The notes beneath the pieces were generated by a model, which saw nothing but the letters and a program-made list of their open reading frames with translations, had not been told where the DNA came from and made no database searches. A stretch of DNA of 44,109 bases from Methylococcaceae bacterium UBA2778. Lineage in GTDB: Bacteria; Pseudomonadota; Gammaproteobacteria; Methylococcales; UBA2778. This document shows positions 26,270-36,801 of the stretch, one piece after another. The translations under genes were made by a program, and so were the position numbers. Location of the stretch: the NCBI GenBank assembly GCA_002352385.1, contig DEII01000176.1, forward strand, positions 28,677-72,785, in the 5' to 3' direction. Position 1 is the first letter of the stretch; each line of letters opens with the position of its first letter.

Positions 26270-27358
26270 ATGTCCAACAAGAGATACACTGGATTGATCG
26301 ATCGCTATCGGAGTCGTCTGCCGGTCAGCGAAAAGACGCGCCCTGTCAGCCTCGGGGAAGGCGGTACACCGCTGATTCGACTTCAGCGCATTCCTGAATC
26401 GACCGAGAAAGATGTCGATATCTATGTCAAGTACGAGGGCTTGAATCCGACCGGGTCCTTCAAGGACCGTGGTATGACCATGGCGGTTACGAAGGCGGTG
26501 GAGGAGGGGGGGCAAGCGATTATCTGTGCATCTACCGGGAACACGTCGGCTTCTGCGGCGGCCTATGCGGTCCGTTCAGGCATTACCGCTTTTGTGCTTA
26601 TCCCCGAAGGCAAGATTGCGCTGGGGAAATTGGCACAGACCATGATGTATGGCGCAGTGATCATCCAGATCAGAGGCAATTTCGATGCGGGCATGCAGCT
26701 GGTCAAAGAGGTGGCGGAGGAGGCGCCTGTTACGATCGTCAATTCGATCAACCCTTACCGCATCGAGGGACAAAAGACAGCGGCTTTCGAAATCATCGAT
26801 GAATTGGGTTGTGCACCCGACTATCACTGTCTGCCGGTGGGCAACGCCGGCAATATCACTGCCTATTGGAAAGGCTACAAGGAATATTCAAGTGCCGGCG
26901 CTGAGCATGAAGCAGTGGTCGCTACGCGCCCGGTCATGGCGGGCTATCAGGCGGAAGGGGCTGCGCCATTCATCAAAGGCGAAATGGTCGATCACCCGGA
27001 AACGGTGGCGACGGCGATACGCATCGGTCATCCACAGTCCTGGGACAAAGCGTGGGCTGCACAGAAAGAGTCGGGCGGTTGGTTTGACGCATTCAGTGAT
27101 GAAACGATACTCAAAGCCCAAAAACTGCTGGCGGAAAAGGAAGGAATCTTTTGTGAGCCGGCATCCGCCGCTTCTCTGGCCGGCGCGTTGCATGACATTC
27201 AATCAGGAAAGATTCCAGAGGGCAGCACGATTGTCTGTACGCTGACCGGCAACGGATTGAAGGATACTGATACTGCGATCCAGCAATGCAAACTAAAGCC
27301 GGTCACTGTCGAGGCAACTTTGGATTCGGTGAAATCCGCCATTCTGGATGGTCTGTAG
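26270..27358 (+). CDS. thrC: Threonine synthase
   Basis: [47 protein letters not shown]. Confidence 0.95.
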   Translation: MSNKRYTGLIDRYRSRLPVSEKTRPVSLGEGGTPLIRLQRIPESTEKDVDIYVKYEGLNPTGSFKDRGMTMAVTKAVEEGGQAIICASTGNTSASAAAYAVRSGITAFVLIPEGKIALGKLAQTMMYGAVIIQIRGNFDAGMQLVKEVAEEAPVTIVNSINPYRIEGQKTAAFEIIDELGCAPDYHCLPVGNAGNITAYWKGYKEYSSAGAEHEAVVATRPVMAGYQAEGAAPFIKGEMVDHPETVATAIRIGHPQSWDKAWAAQKESGGWFDAFSDETILKAQKLLAEKEGIFCEPASAASLAGALHDIQSGKIPEGSTIVCTLTGNGLKDTDTAIQQCKLKPVTVEATLDSVKSAILDGL

Positions 27359-27365
27359 GGTGCGC

Positions 27366-27438
27366 CTGGAAACAGGACTCGGGGGCCAGGGGTTGGAACC
27401 GATGCGTCTATTTTCCGTTTCCTGATCCCGGATTCCAG
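27366..27438. repeat. Degenerate heptamer repeats in inverted arrangement (thrC-recJ spacer)
   Basis: ctggaaa caggact cgggggc caggggt tggaacc, then reverse-complement units ttttccg tttcctg atcccgg attccag; similar to 15082-15137. Confidence 0.5.
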
Positions 27439-27440
27439 TT

Positions 27441-29228
27441 ATGCCGGAAATGAATCGAAAAATCGTCCGCCGGCTGTTCGACGAGCATGATGCCGAGTGT
27501 CTGAAGGGGGTCCACCCGGTTCTGCGCCGCATCTATCTGGCGCGTAATGTCCGGTCGGAGGATGAGCTGGATTACTCCCTGGCCAGACTGCCGTCCCCTT
27601 GGCTGCTTTCCGGGATGGAGGTCATGGTCCGGCGGCTTATGGAGGCTATTCGAAGCAACCGGCGTATTATGATTATCGCTGATTATGACGCCGACGGCGC
27701 CACCAGTTGCGCGGTGGCAAAGCTGGGGTTGCAGATGTTCGGGGCGGAGCACGTCTCCTACGTGGTTCCTGATCGGTTTCGATACGGCTATGGTCTGACG
27801 CCGGAAATCGTTGCGCTTGCCAGCGAGCGGAACCCGGATATGATTATCACGGTCGACAACGGCATCAGCAGTATCGAAGGCGTCACCGCCGCACATGAGC
27901 GTGGTTTGCAGGTATTGATCACCGACCATCACCTGCCCGGCGAACGCCTGCCGGACGCGGATGCCATCGTCAATCCCAATGTTCCCGGTGATCGGTTTCC
28001 GGGCAAGGCATTGGCCGGTGTGGGCGTGATGTTTTATGTGCTGATGGCGCTTCGAGCCCGCCTGCGGGAAGCCGGATGGTTCGGCCATCGGGGCATCAAG
28101 GAGCCGAATCTCGGCCAACTGCTGGATTTGGTTGCTCTGGGGACCGTGGCCGACGTGGTGCCGCTGGATCGGATCAACCGGATTCTGGTTCATCAGGGAC
28201 TGCTGCGGATTCGCTCCGGACAGCTGCATGTCGGCTTGGCTGCTATCCTTGAAGTCGCCAATCGCGCCCACGATTCAATTGTTGCATCGGATCTCGGCTT
28301 TGCAGTCGGACCACGGTTGAATGCAGCCGGGCGGCTCGATGACATGTCTTTAGGTATCGAATGTCTTCTCTCGGAGGAGATTGAACGGGCCCGGACCTTG
28401 GTGGCGGAGCTGGATGCCATGAATCGGGAACGGCGACAGATCGAAGAACAGATGAAAGCTGAAGCGCTGGCGCTCTTGAATGAATTGGAATCGCCGGGTA
28501 AAGAGCATGCGATGTCCGGTGTTTGCCTGTTCGACGACAGTTGGCACCAGGGAGTGATCGGAATCGTCGCCTCACGCATCAAAGATCGCCTGCAGCGGCC
28601 GGTGATTGCTTTTGCCCCTGCTGGTGACGGCGAGATCAAAGGTTCGGCACGTTCCATACCCGAGGTTCATATCCGCGATGTCTTGAGCGAAGTGGCGGCG
28701 GCTCATCCGGAGCTGTTGAACAAGTTCGGCGGCCATGCCATGGCGGCTGGCATGAGTCTGCGATTGGCTGATTATCCGGTGTTTGCTCTGGCATTCGATG
28801 CCGCGGTCAAAGCGCGTCTGGAGGGCGTCGATGTGGATCGGGCGATTTATACCGACGGTCGGCTCGATGAGAGGGTATTGGGGCTTGATTTTGCTGAGCA
28901 ACTCGGTCGTGCCGGGCCTTGGGGGCAGGGGTTCCCGGAGCCGGTTTTCGAGGGGAAGTTCGATGTGGTTCACGCCCGGGTGGTGGGCGAAAAGCATGTT
29001 AAATTCGTGCTTGGACTGCCCGGGATCAGCGGCGTGATCGATGCCATTGCCTTTTTCGTGGAACGTCCGGAGTCTTGGGTGGGAAGTCGGCGGATCAACG
29101 TGGCTTATCGGCTGGCAGTCAATGAGTTTCGGAATGTTCGCGTGGCTCAGCTTGTGATCGAGGCGATGGATCGCTGTGTTGCCCCGGCGACGATGGAGAC
29201 GATGGAGCTCTCGCGCGATATTTTATGA
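27441..29228 (+). CDS. recJ: Single-stranded DNA exonuclease RecJ
   Basis: DYDADG, TVDNG, TDHH, ALGTVADV, PRLNAAGR, GSARS, FGGHAMAAG. Confidence 0.96.
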   Translation: MPEMNRKIVRRLFDEHDAECLKGVHPVLRRIYLARNVRSEDELDYSLARLPSPWLLSGMEVMVRRLMEAIRSNRRIMIIADYDADGATSCAVAKLGLQMFGAEHVSYVVPDRFRYGYGLTPEIVALASERNPDMIITVDNGISSIEGVTAAHERGLQVLITDHHLPGERLPDADAIVNPNVPGDRFPGKALAGVGVMFYVLMALRARLREAGWFGHRGIKEPNLGQLLDLVALGTVADVVPLDRINRILVHQGLLRIRSGQLHVGLAAILEVANRAHDSIVASDLGFAVGPRLNAAGRLDDMSLGIECLLSEEIERARTLVAELDAMNRERRQIEEQMKAEALALLNELESPGKEHAMSGVCLFDDSWHQGVIGIVASRIKDRLQRPVIAFAPAGDGEIKGSARSIPEVHIRDVLSEVAAAHPELLNKFGGHAMAAGMSLRLADYPVFALAFDAAVKARLEGVDVDRAIYTDGRLDERVLGLDFAEQLGRAGPWGQGFPEPVFEGKFDVVHARVVGEKHVKFVLGLPGISGVIDAIAFFVERPESWVGSRRINVAYRLAVNEFRNVRVAQLVIEAMDRCVAPATMETMELSRDIL

Positions 29229-30754
29229 AGGAGGTTCTGTTCGATATCGACGGGATGACCTTGGACGAACTGGCAGCCATCGCCCGATCGGAAGCCGTGG
29301 TTGGTTTGACCTGCGAGGCGGAAGAACGGATCGTCAAGGCCCGCAAACTGATCGAGGCGTGGCTTCAGGACGGCAGGGTTATCTATGGAGTCACAACAGG
29401 ATTTGGCGCGCTGAGCGACAAAACCATCCCCCGAAAAGACGCCAGGCGTCTGCAGGAAAACATCCTGATGAGTCATGCGGCAGGCGTCGGCGATATCCTG
29501 GCTAATGAGAGCGTTCGAGCCGTAATGGCTCTTCGAGTCAAGGATTTTGCCCGGGGACATTCCGGCGTTCGCCTCGCAACGGTACAGTTGCTTATCGATC
29601 TCTTGAATCACGGAGTCTGTCCCGTTGTTCCGGAAAAGGGATCTGTTGGAGCCAGTGGTGATCTGGCGCCACTGGCGCATCTTTCCCTGGTGCTGATCGG
29701 TTTGGGAGAGGCCTTTTATCAAGGGAGCAGGCTCGATGGTGCAGAGGCTTTGCGGCGATGCGGCTTTACGCCGCTTCGCCTCGAAGCGGGGGAGGGGCTT
29801 GCGCTGGTCAATGGCACTCAAGTCAGCTGCGGCATAGGTGGTTTGGCGCTCTATGATGCCTTGATGCTTTGCAAACTGGCCGATGTTGCGGCCTCCATGA
29901 GTCTCGAGGTGCTCCTGGGCAGTCGAACGGAGTTCGACCCCAGGATTCACCAGGTGCGGCCTCATCCGGGGCAGGCTGCCGCCGCCGCCAATATGGCGCG
30001 GATCACGCGAAACAGCGAGATTGTTTCTTCCCATAGGGACTGTTCACGGGTTCAGGACGCATACACCTTGCGATGTTCCCCGCAGGTCCACGGTGCAAGC
30101 AAGGATGCCATTGCATACGCACGAGGTGTTGTCGAGACTGAGATCAACTCTTCCACCAATAACCCTCTGATTTTTCCTGACTCCGGGGAGTTTTTGCTGG
30201 GCGGCAATTTCCACGGCCAACCGCTGGCCCTCGCTCTGGACTTTCTGTGCATGGCTGTTTCGGAGCTGGCCAACATTTCGGAGCGTCGAATCGAACGTTT
30301 GGTGAACCCAGGGCTGAGTGGGCTGCCGGCCTTTCTCGTCGCCGATGGCGGCATCAATTCGGGATTCATGATTGCGCAATATACAGCGGCTTCCCTGGTT
30401 TCCGAAAATAAAGTGCTGTCCCATCCTGCATCCGTGGACTCCATTCCCACGTCAGCCAACAAAGAAGATCACGTTTCGATGAGCTCTATCGCGGCTCGAA
30501 AGTGCAGGGAAGTCGTGAACAATAGCCAATGCGTCATTGCGATCGAGCTCTTGTGCGCTGTTCAGGCGATGGATCTTTTTACCAACATGAAACCGGGGCA
30601 AGGCTCCTTTGCGGCCTACCGCGTGATTCGGGATGTCGTGCCGCATCTCGAGAAAGACCGGGTTCTCGCTGACGACATTGAAACCATGCTGGGGCTTGTG
30701 AAAAGCGGGGCCATTCTGGACAAAGTCGAGGTGGCGGTTGGGTCGCTTCGTTAG
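29225..30754 (+). CDS. hutH: Histidine ammonia-lyase
   Basis: YGVTTGFG, LMSH (His-specific motif), GSVGASGDL (MIO), QDAYTLRC.PQVHG, GGNFHG, EDHVSM. Confidence 0.92.
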   Translation: MKEVLFDIDGMTLDELAAIARSEAVVGLTCEAEERIVKARKLIEAWLQDGRVIYGVTTGFGALSDKTIPRKDARRLQENILMSHAAGVGDILANESVRAVMALRVKDFARGHSGVRLATVQLLIDLLNHGVCPVVPEKGSVGASGDLAPLAHLSLVLIGLGEAFYQGSRLDGAEALRRCGFTPLRLEAGEGLALVNGTQVSCGIGGLALYDALMLCKLADVAASMSLEVLLGSRTEFDPRIHQVRPHPGQAAAAANMARITRNSEIVSSHRDCSRVQDAYTLRCSPQVHGASKDAIAYARGVVETEINSSTNNPLIFPDSGEFLLGGNFHGQPLALALDFLCMAVSELANISERRIERLVNPGLSGLPAFLVADGGINSGFMIAQYTAASLVSENKVLSHPASVDSIPTSANKEDHVSMSSIAARKCREVVNNSQCVIAIELLCAVQAMDLFTNMKPGQGSFAAYRVIRDVVPHLEKDRVLADDIETMLGLVKSGAILDKVEVAVGSLR

Positions 30755-31090
30755 ACGGCTGCCTGTTGTTTTAATGGTACAAACAATAATTTCCACACCT
30801 GGTAGAAAGTTGAATAATCCAATATATTCCAGTCACTTAATGTGCCTTAAGGCAACAGCATTCGGGGCCGCAATGGTTTTTCTTCAGAAAAAAGCTTTAA
30901 AAAGCTTTTCTTTTTTAGTATATTACCAACCAAACCTTACCGTAATTCGAGATCGTTGCTGCCTGCATCGCGTTGTGATAAGCCTTAAGTACAACAGGCA
31001 CGCTATATGAGTGTGCTTTCGGCAACAAGAAAATAGGCCATACTCAAATATACAGTATCGCACCTCAATCTTCGAGGAGGAAAATCGCTC

Positions 31091-32086
31091 ATGATGACTC
31101 CGGCACGTTTTTTTATCTGTTTGATTACCCTGTTGGCTGCCTTTTTCACCGCGGCTTCGGCCGGCGCAAAGCCGCAATATCCTGCGTTGCGCGACCATTT
31201 CGATCCTGCGCTGCAAAAGGAACTGGAATGGACTCTGGCGCATACCGGCCTGGCGGATGCAGTCAAACGGAAACAGATCGGCTTGGCGTTGGTGGATATT
31301 ACCGATCCATTGCATCCCAGAACGGCCGCCGTCAACGGCGATAAAATGTTTTACGCGGCCAGTCTTCCCAAAATCGCTATTTTACTCGGCGCTTTCGTGG
31401 AGATCGAAAAAGGCGGTATGAGACTGGATCCGGCAACGCGCTTCACGCTGACCAAAATGATCCGCGTCTCTTCCAATCAGGCGGCATCCGAAATGCTTAG
31501 TCGGGTTGGTGAGGAACGGGTCGCGGACATTCTTCAATCGCCCCGCTACAAACTTTACGACCCTTCCGTCAACGGTGGGCTCTGGTGCGGTAAATTATAC
31601 GGCAAAGCGCCGGCTTGGAGGCGTGATCCGCTGCATAACTACTCGCACGGCGCGACAGCTATGCAGGTCGCCAAGTTCTATTATATGCTCGAGACGGAAC
31701 AGCTCGTGTCGCCGCCTCTCACCCGACAAATGAAACAGATTCTTTCGCATCCCGGGATCCATCATAAATTTGTCAAAGGTCTGGAGCGCTCCTATCCTGG
31801 TGCCGCCATCTATCGTAAATCAGGTTCCTGGCGGCATTGGCATTCCGACAGCGCTCTGGTCGAGCACAACGGGCACAAATACGTCATTGTCGGCCTGACC
31901 GAACACAACGACGGTGGCAAATGGCTGGAGAAAATTGCTGCGCCGCTGCACGATCTGGTTGTTCCACGGCGCCCGACCGGGAGGCTGACGACCGCATCCT
32001 CGGCATTGACAGCCCCCCCGGCTGAACGCAGTCGTTTGGAACTCGCCCGGCCGGTCAGGGATCGTGTCAGGGTCGGAATTTTCTGA
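31091..32086 (+). CDS. Secreted serine hydrolase, class A beta-lactamase/PBP-like
   Basis: Signal peptide; AASLPK (SxxK), SSN (SxN), KSG; GAGGAGG RBS. Confidence 0.85.
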   Translation: MMTPARFFICLITLLAAFFTAASAGAKPQYPALRDHFDPALQKELEWTLAHTGLADAVKRKQIGLALVDITDPLHPRTAAVNGDKMFYAASLPKIAILLGAFVEIEKGGMRLDPATRFTLTKMIRVSSNQAASEMLSRVGEERVADILQSPRYKLYDPSVNGGLWCGKLYGKAPAWRRDPLHNYSHGATAMQVAKFYYMLETEQLVSPPLTRQMKQILSHPGIHHKFVKGLERSYPGAAIYRKSGSWRHWHSDSALVEHNGHKYVIVGLTEHNDGGKWLEKIAAPLHDLVVPRRPTGRLTTASSALTAPPAERSRLELARPVRDRVRVGIF

Positions 32087-32091
32087 TCGCA

Positions 32092-33171
32092 GTGGTCGCA
32101 GTGGAATGCCCGCGTGACCGCCATTCAATAGAGATCGGAGAAAAAATTCTGGTCTGGGCAGGGAAGCATGGGCGGTGTGATTTACCTTGGCAGCAGGTAA
32201 TCACGCCGTATAAAGTATGGATTTCCGAGGTGATGCTGCAGCAGACTCAGGTCGCCAAGGTTATCCCCTTCTTCGAGCGCTTCCTGACCAGTTTCCCGAC
32301 ACCGCTGGCACTTGCGGCTGCGGCGGAGGATGATGTGTTGGCGCACTGGTCCGGTTTGGGCTACTATTCGCGCGCCCGCAATCTGATGCAGGCTGCACGC
32401 ATCGTAGTGGAACGCTATGGTGGCCAGCTGCCGTGCAATTTGCAGGCGTTGCAATCCTTGCCCGGACTCGGCCGGTCCACGGCTGCTGCGATCCTCTCCA
32501 TCGGTTACGAACAACGGGCGCCGATTCTCGACGGCAATGTGAAGAGGGTCCTGGCCCGTCTGTTTGCTGTCCGTGGGTGGCCGGGGGAGGGTTCGGTTCA
32601 AAGGCAACTGTGGGCGCGTTCGGATGCCATCACGCCGGATTACGCGCCGCGCGCATTCACTCAAGCCGTTATGGATTTCGGCGCAACCTTGTGTACACGC
32701 ACCGAGCCTGCGTGCCATACATGCCCTCTAACCAGCGACTGTGAGGCTTTGCGCCAGGATGCGGTCGCTGACTTTCCGCAGTCACGGCCGGCCCGTTCCA
32801 AACCGGTTCGCGCTGCACGATTCCTGGTTGTAAAAAACGGCGAAGGCGAACTGTTGCTGATTCGTAATGATCTTCGGCATGGCGTTTGGCAGGGCTTATG
32901 GATATTTCCCCAATGCCGGCCGGAGGACAATCCTCCGGCTTTCCTGAAATCGACCTATGGCCTGGATGCAGAGCCGATTGCCTCTGTTCCTGCATTTCGT
33001 CACACATTCAGTCATTATCACCTCGATATTCATCCGCTCATTCTGCGTGCCGCGCGCCGGGCATCCACGAATTGCAAGTTACGGCTGCAATGGTGCGGGC
33101 ACCGAAAGCCACTGCCGGGCGGTGTGCCGACGCCTGTCCAGCGGCTCTTCGGTCAGTTCAGTGCGCCTTGA
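32092..33171 (+). CDS. mutY: A/G-specific adenine glycosylase
   Basis: LPWQ, SEVMLQQTQV, WSGLGYYSRARNL, LPGLGRSTA, LDGNVKRV, 4Fe-4S CX6CX2CX5C. Start uncertain. Confidence 0.95.
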   Translation: MVAVECPRDRHSIEIGEKILVWAGKHGRCDLPWQQVITPYKVWISEVMLQQTQVAKVIPFFERFLTSFPTPLALAAAAEDDVLAHWSGLGYYSRARNLMQAARIVVERYGGQLPCNLQALQSLPGLGRSTAAAILSIGYEQRAPILDGNVKRVLARLFAVRGWPGEGSVQRQLWARSDAITPDYAPRAFTQAVMDFGATLCTRTEPACHTCPLTSDCEALRQDAVADFPQSRPARSKPVRAARFLVVKNGEGELLLIRNDLRHGVWQGLWIFPQCRPEDNPPAFLKSTYGLDAEPIASVPAFRHTFSHYHLDIHPLILRAARRASTNCKLRLQWCGHRKPLPGGVPTPVQRLFGQFSAP

Positions 33172-33203
33172 AGTTGGATGGATGGTAGCCGCTGTGCCTC
33201 CGC

Positions 33204-33698
33204 CTATCGGCATCGATCGGGCTTTTCCAAAATCAAAAAGCGATACGAGGCCGTTGCGCCGTCCGCAGGGAAATCCTGACACTCGATTTGAAGCCACTGG
33301 GAAGCATCGAACTGGGGAAAAAACGTATCGCCGGCAAAATCCTGGTCGATCAGTGTCAAATAGAGTCTGTCAGCAACGGGAAGCAGTTGCTCATAGAAGG
33401 ATGCGCCGCCGATCACCATCACCTCGTCATGGCGGCGCAGACGCAGCAGCGCCGCATCGATGGAGTGGAAAATCACGCACCCTTCAGGCTGGTAATCCCG
33501 GTTTCGGGTGATGACGATATTGGTTCTGCCGGGGAGCGGGCGGCCGATGGAGTCGAATGTTTTTCGCCCCATCACGATCGGCTTCCCCATGGTCACGCGC
33601 CGGAAATTGCGCAGGTCAGCCGGCAGCTGCCAAGGCAGTCGATTATTGGCGCCGATGACGCGGTTTTTTGCCATGGCGGCGATCAGTGATAATTTCAT
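33204..33698 (-). CDS. folA: Dihydrofolate reductase
   Basis: LIAAM..NRVIG..N.LPW.LPADL, MGRKT..SI, PLPGRTN, IGGA, GDTFFP. Confidence 0.96.
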   Translation of the reverse strand: MKLSLIAAMAKNRVIGANNRLPWQLPADLRNFRRVTMGKPIVMGRKTFDSIGRPLPGRTNIVITRNRDYQPEGCVIFHSIDAALLRLRRHDEVMVIGGASFYEQLLPVADRLYLTLIDQDFAGDTFFPQFDASQWLQIECQDFPADGATASYRFLILEKPDRCR

Positions 33699-33725
33699 TG
33701 ATGGATTACGCTCGGCGGTTCCGGT

Positions 33726-34208
33726 TCAATCCCTGAAATTATCGAACTGAATCGGCATTTCCAGTTCGGCTTTGCGCAAAAGCGCCATGACCTGCTGTAG
33801 ATCATCGCGTTTTTTACCGGTGACACGGACCTTCTCACCCTGAATGGCGCATTGCACCTTCAGTTTGGAATCCTTGACCAATTTGACGATTTTCTTTGCC
33901 AGGGGTGTGTCCAGCCCTTGTCGAAGCGTGGCCGTTTGCATGGCCTGTCTGCCGGATGCGCGCGGTTCATCGATCTTCAAACAGGCGATGTCCACCTCCC
34001 GTTTCGTCAGCTTGTTCTGCAAGATATCGAGCATTTGCTGGAGTTGAAATTCACTCTCTGCATGCAGCGTAATCACCGCATCATTGTGCTCGAAGCGGGC
34101 ACCGCTGCCCTTGAAATCGAAGCGCGTTGAAACTTCACGGTTTGCCTGATCCACTGCATTGGTGGCCTCATGCATGTTGACTTCAGAAATTACATCAAAT
34201 GACGGCAT
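33726..34208 (-). CDS. yajQ: YajQ family cyclic-di-GMP/nucleotide-binding protein
   Basis: MPSFDVISE, RFDFKGS, IQGEKVRVTGKKRDDLQ, QFDNFRD. Confidence 0.95.
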   Translation of the reverse strand: MPSFDVISEVNMHEATNAVDQANREVSTRFDFKGSGARFEHNDAVITLHAESEFQLQQMLDILQNKLTKREVDIACLKIDEPRASGRQAMQTATLRQGLDTPLAKKIVKLVKDSKLKVQCAIQGEKVRVTGKKRDDLQQVMALLRKAELEMPIQFDNFRD

Positions 34209-34218
34209 GTTTTTTCTC

Positions 34219-35037
34219 CTAGCGTCGATTGTTGCGGGATGAGCGAATCAGCTCGTAAGCCTTGCGAATCTGTTGAGTTTTTTGTGTGGCTATTTTCATC
34301 ATCTCCTCCGGCAATCCTTTAGCGATCAGCTTATCCGGATGATTCTGGCTGATCAACCGGCGGTAAGCGCGAGTGATATCGGTGTCACTCGCGGCGGGTG
34401 TCAAACCGAGCATCGCATAGGCGTCATCCAGGTTGGAGCTCCGGCGTGTGGTGGTATAAGTACGCCGCCTGCCTCCTGATCCGGCACTCGAAAATCGCTG
34501 CTGTGCCAGCAATAGCCTCTTCAGACTCTGAAATTCAAAGCGTGAAAACCTGAGCCGATTGCAGATCCGCAGAAGCAATTGTTCCTCGCCGGCGTGAATG
34601 CCGCCATTGGCAAGCGCGGCTCTGAGTTGGATCTCTATGAACATTCGAATCAGCGGTGTTCGCCTGTGGCATTCGTGTCGGAACCGGTCGAGCGTCTCAT
34701 CGAGTGGAAACGCATTGCTCTTGCCTTCGGTAAACAAATGCTTCGCTCTCCGACGCAAATCATCGGAAAGATCCATGTTGGCCATTACCGATTCAGCCAG
34801 TTCGATTTCTGCGCGCGACACTCTTCCATCCGCTTTCGCGATATGCCCCATCACCGAAAAGGTGGCGGTAAAAAAAGCCATCTGCACTCGTCCCTCGTCG
34901 TGCTGGAAAGCGGGGCGAGTGGAATGCTCCATGCCCTTGTCGAGTTGGTAGCCGAACGCCGTGCCGACGATTGCACCAAGCGGCCCTCCTATCAGAAAGC
35001 CGAACGATCCGCCGAGAACTTTGCCGAGCCAGCGCAT
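34219..35037 (-). CDS. djlA: Co-chaperone DjlA
   Basis: GKVLGG..G..GGPLGA, FF..TFSVMGHIAKADGRV, TerB-like middle, J domain NHPDKL.AKGLPEEMM. Confidence 0.95.
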   Translation of the reverse strand: MRWLGKVLGGSFGFLIGGPLGAIVGTAFGYQLDKGMEHSTRPAFQHDEGRVQMAFFTATFSVMGHIAKADGRVSRAEIELAESVMANMDLSDDLRRRAKHLFTEGKSNAFPLDETLDRFRHECHRRTPLIRMFIEIQLRAALANGGIHAGEEQLLLRICNRLRFSRFEFQSLKRLLLAQQRFSSAGSGGRRRTYTTTRRSSNLDDAYAMLGLTPAASDTDITRAYRRLISQNHPDKLIAKGLPEEMMKIATQKTQQIRKAYELIRSSRNNRR

Positions 35038-35126
35038 GTTGAAGTCCAGTGAGTGATTGATGCGTGCAAAAAAAATGGGTAAAGTGACACCATTGTGCCT
35101 TTTTGATGAAGCGAAATTCGAGGTTT

Positions 35127-36032
35127 ATGACTGTTCCCACGATTTTATATGAAACCCGCCTGAAATGCGTCCGGCATCGTTCCAGCGGTAAAGTGCGCGA
35201 CATCTATGATGTTGACGATCACCATTTGCTGATCGTTACGACAGACCGAATATCCGCTTTCGATGTCGTTCTGCCTGATGCGATTCCAGGTAAAGGGCGT
35301 GTGCTCACCTCGCTTTCGAAATTCTGGTTTGCAAAATTAAAGGGTGTCATTGCAAACCATCTTTCCGCAATGTCACTCGAACAGGCCGTTCCCGACGAAG
35401 ATGAGCGCGCGCAGATCGAAGGACGTGCGATGGTCGTTAAAAAATTAAAACCGTTGCCTGTCGAAGCGATTGTGCGAGGTTATCTCATCGGCTCCGGATG
35501 GAGAGAGTATCAGAAAACCGGCGCTGTGTGTGGCATTGATCTGGCACAAGGCCTGCAGCAGGCCGAGCAGCTGCCAGAAGCCATCTATACGCCCTCGACC
35601 AAAGCCGAAGCCGGAGAGCACGATGAAAACATACCGTTTGAGAACACGGTCGATCTATTAGGCCCGGATCTTGCCGAAAAAGTTCGCACTGTCAGCCTTC
35701 GGCTCTATACCGAAGCGGCCGAGTTTGCCCGGCAGCGTGGTATAATCATTGCTGATACCAAGTTCGAGTTCGGACTGGATGAGGCGGGTGCCTTATATCT
35801 GATCGATGAATTGCTGACCCCGGATTCGTCCCGCTTCTGGCCGGTGGAGCAGTATCGGCCCGGCATCAGTCCTCCGAGTTTCGATAAACAGTTCGTGCGT
35901 GATTATTTGGAGAGCCTGGATTGGGATAAAACCCATCCGGGGCCAAAACTGCCGCCGGAGGTCATTGCAAAAAGCACCGCTAAATATCGGGAGGCGGAGG
36001 AGCGCTTGCTGGGGCGAACGCCAACTGCGTGA
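35127..36032 (+). CDS. purC: SAICAR synthetase
   Basis: [59 protein letters not shown]. Confidence 0.96.
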   Translation: MTVPTILYETRLKCVRHRSSGKVRDIYDVDDHHLLIVTTDRISAFDVVLPDAIPGKGRVLTSLSKFWFAKLKGVIANHLSAMSLEQAVPDEDERAQIEGRAMVVKKLKPLPVEAIVRGYLIGSGWREYQKTGAVCGIDLAQGLQQAEQLPEAIYTPSTKAEAGEHDENIPFENTVDLLGPDLAEKVRTVSLRLYTEAAEFARQRGIIIADTKFEFGLDEAGALYLIDELLTPDSSRFWPVEQYRPGISPPSFDKQFVRDYLESLDWDKTHPGPKLPPEVIAKSTAKYREAEERLLGRTPTA

Positions 36033-36253
36033 TCGTTGGACTTACAGGAACGGATTGTCGGGACCGGCTCGACAGGCCGGCGGAGAATAAATGAATTGAC
36101 TGCTTCAACTGCCAACCATTGGTAATAGCAAGGCGTTGAATTGAACTTTAGCAATTCTCATTATGGCTTTTTATGACCTGCCTGCGCAGAGTCAATTTGC
36201 CACATTTAGAATTGCCGATTGAACTTCATATCCGCGGTTCCGGAGCAAAGCTG

Positions 36254-36748
36254 ATGAAAAGAGCAACGACGTATCACGACCCGCACCAGCCGCAATCGGC
36301 GGCGGGTATACGGCGGCGTGCGGCATCGGACCGCAGGGCGCTTGGGTGGCGAACATTCGTTTACTCTATCTTGGCCGCGAGACGCAAAGAACCGCGGCGT
36401 CGGGACGATAAAGCGACGCCGTATTACACCGATCATTATGATGCCAAGGTCTTGGTGCTTTTCTTTTCGATTTTAGCGCTTTGCGTTGCGGATGCCGGAT
36501 TAACGCTGCAGATATTGGCTCGAGGCGGTACGGAGCTGAATCCATTGATGGACCGACTGCTCGACATCAGCCCACAGGCATTTTTTATCGGCAAATATGC
36601 GCTGACCAGCGCTGGTTTGTTGTTCGCCTTGCTGCATATCAACTTCAAAGTGTTGAAACTGTTTCCTATGCGGCAGGTGCTGTCTGGATTGTTTGGGTTT
36701 TATCTCTTTCTCGTTGGCTATGAAGTGGTCATTCTGTCGCAGGTATAA
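36254..36748 (+). CDS. DUF5658-like membrane protein with Arg-rich N-terminus
   Basis: LCVADAGLTL.IL.RGG.ELNPLM motif; 3-4 TM; RRAASDRR and RRKEPRR upstream; GGAG RBS. Confidence 0.75.
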   Translation: MKRATTYHDPHQPQSAAGIRRRAASDRRALGWRTFVYSILAARRKEPRRRDDKATPYYTDHYDAKVLVLFFSILALCVADAGLTLQILARGGTELNPLMDRLLDISPQAFFIGKYALTSAGLLFALLHINFKVLKLFPMRQVLSGLFGFYLFLVGYEVVILSQV

Positions 36749-36801
36749 CTTGTGATGGTCGCAGCCTCAATGCCGAGCGGTGTTGGTGCCTGTCGGTCTG
36801 G

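Noticed and set aside
30755-31090. AT-rich spacer with AAAAGCT/AGCTTTT palindrome and short ORFs
   Set aside because: Consistent with an ordinary promoter/terminator region; no specific site can be supported
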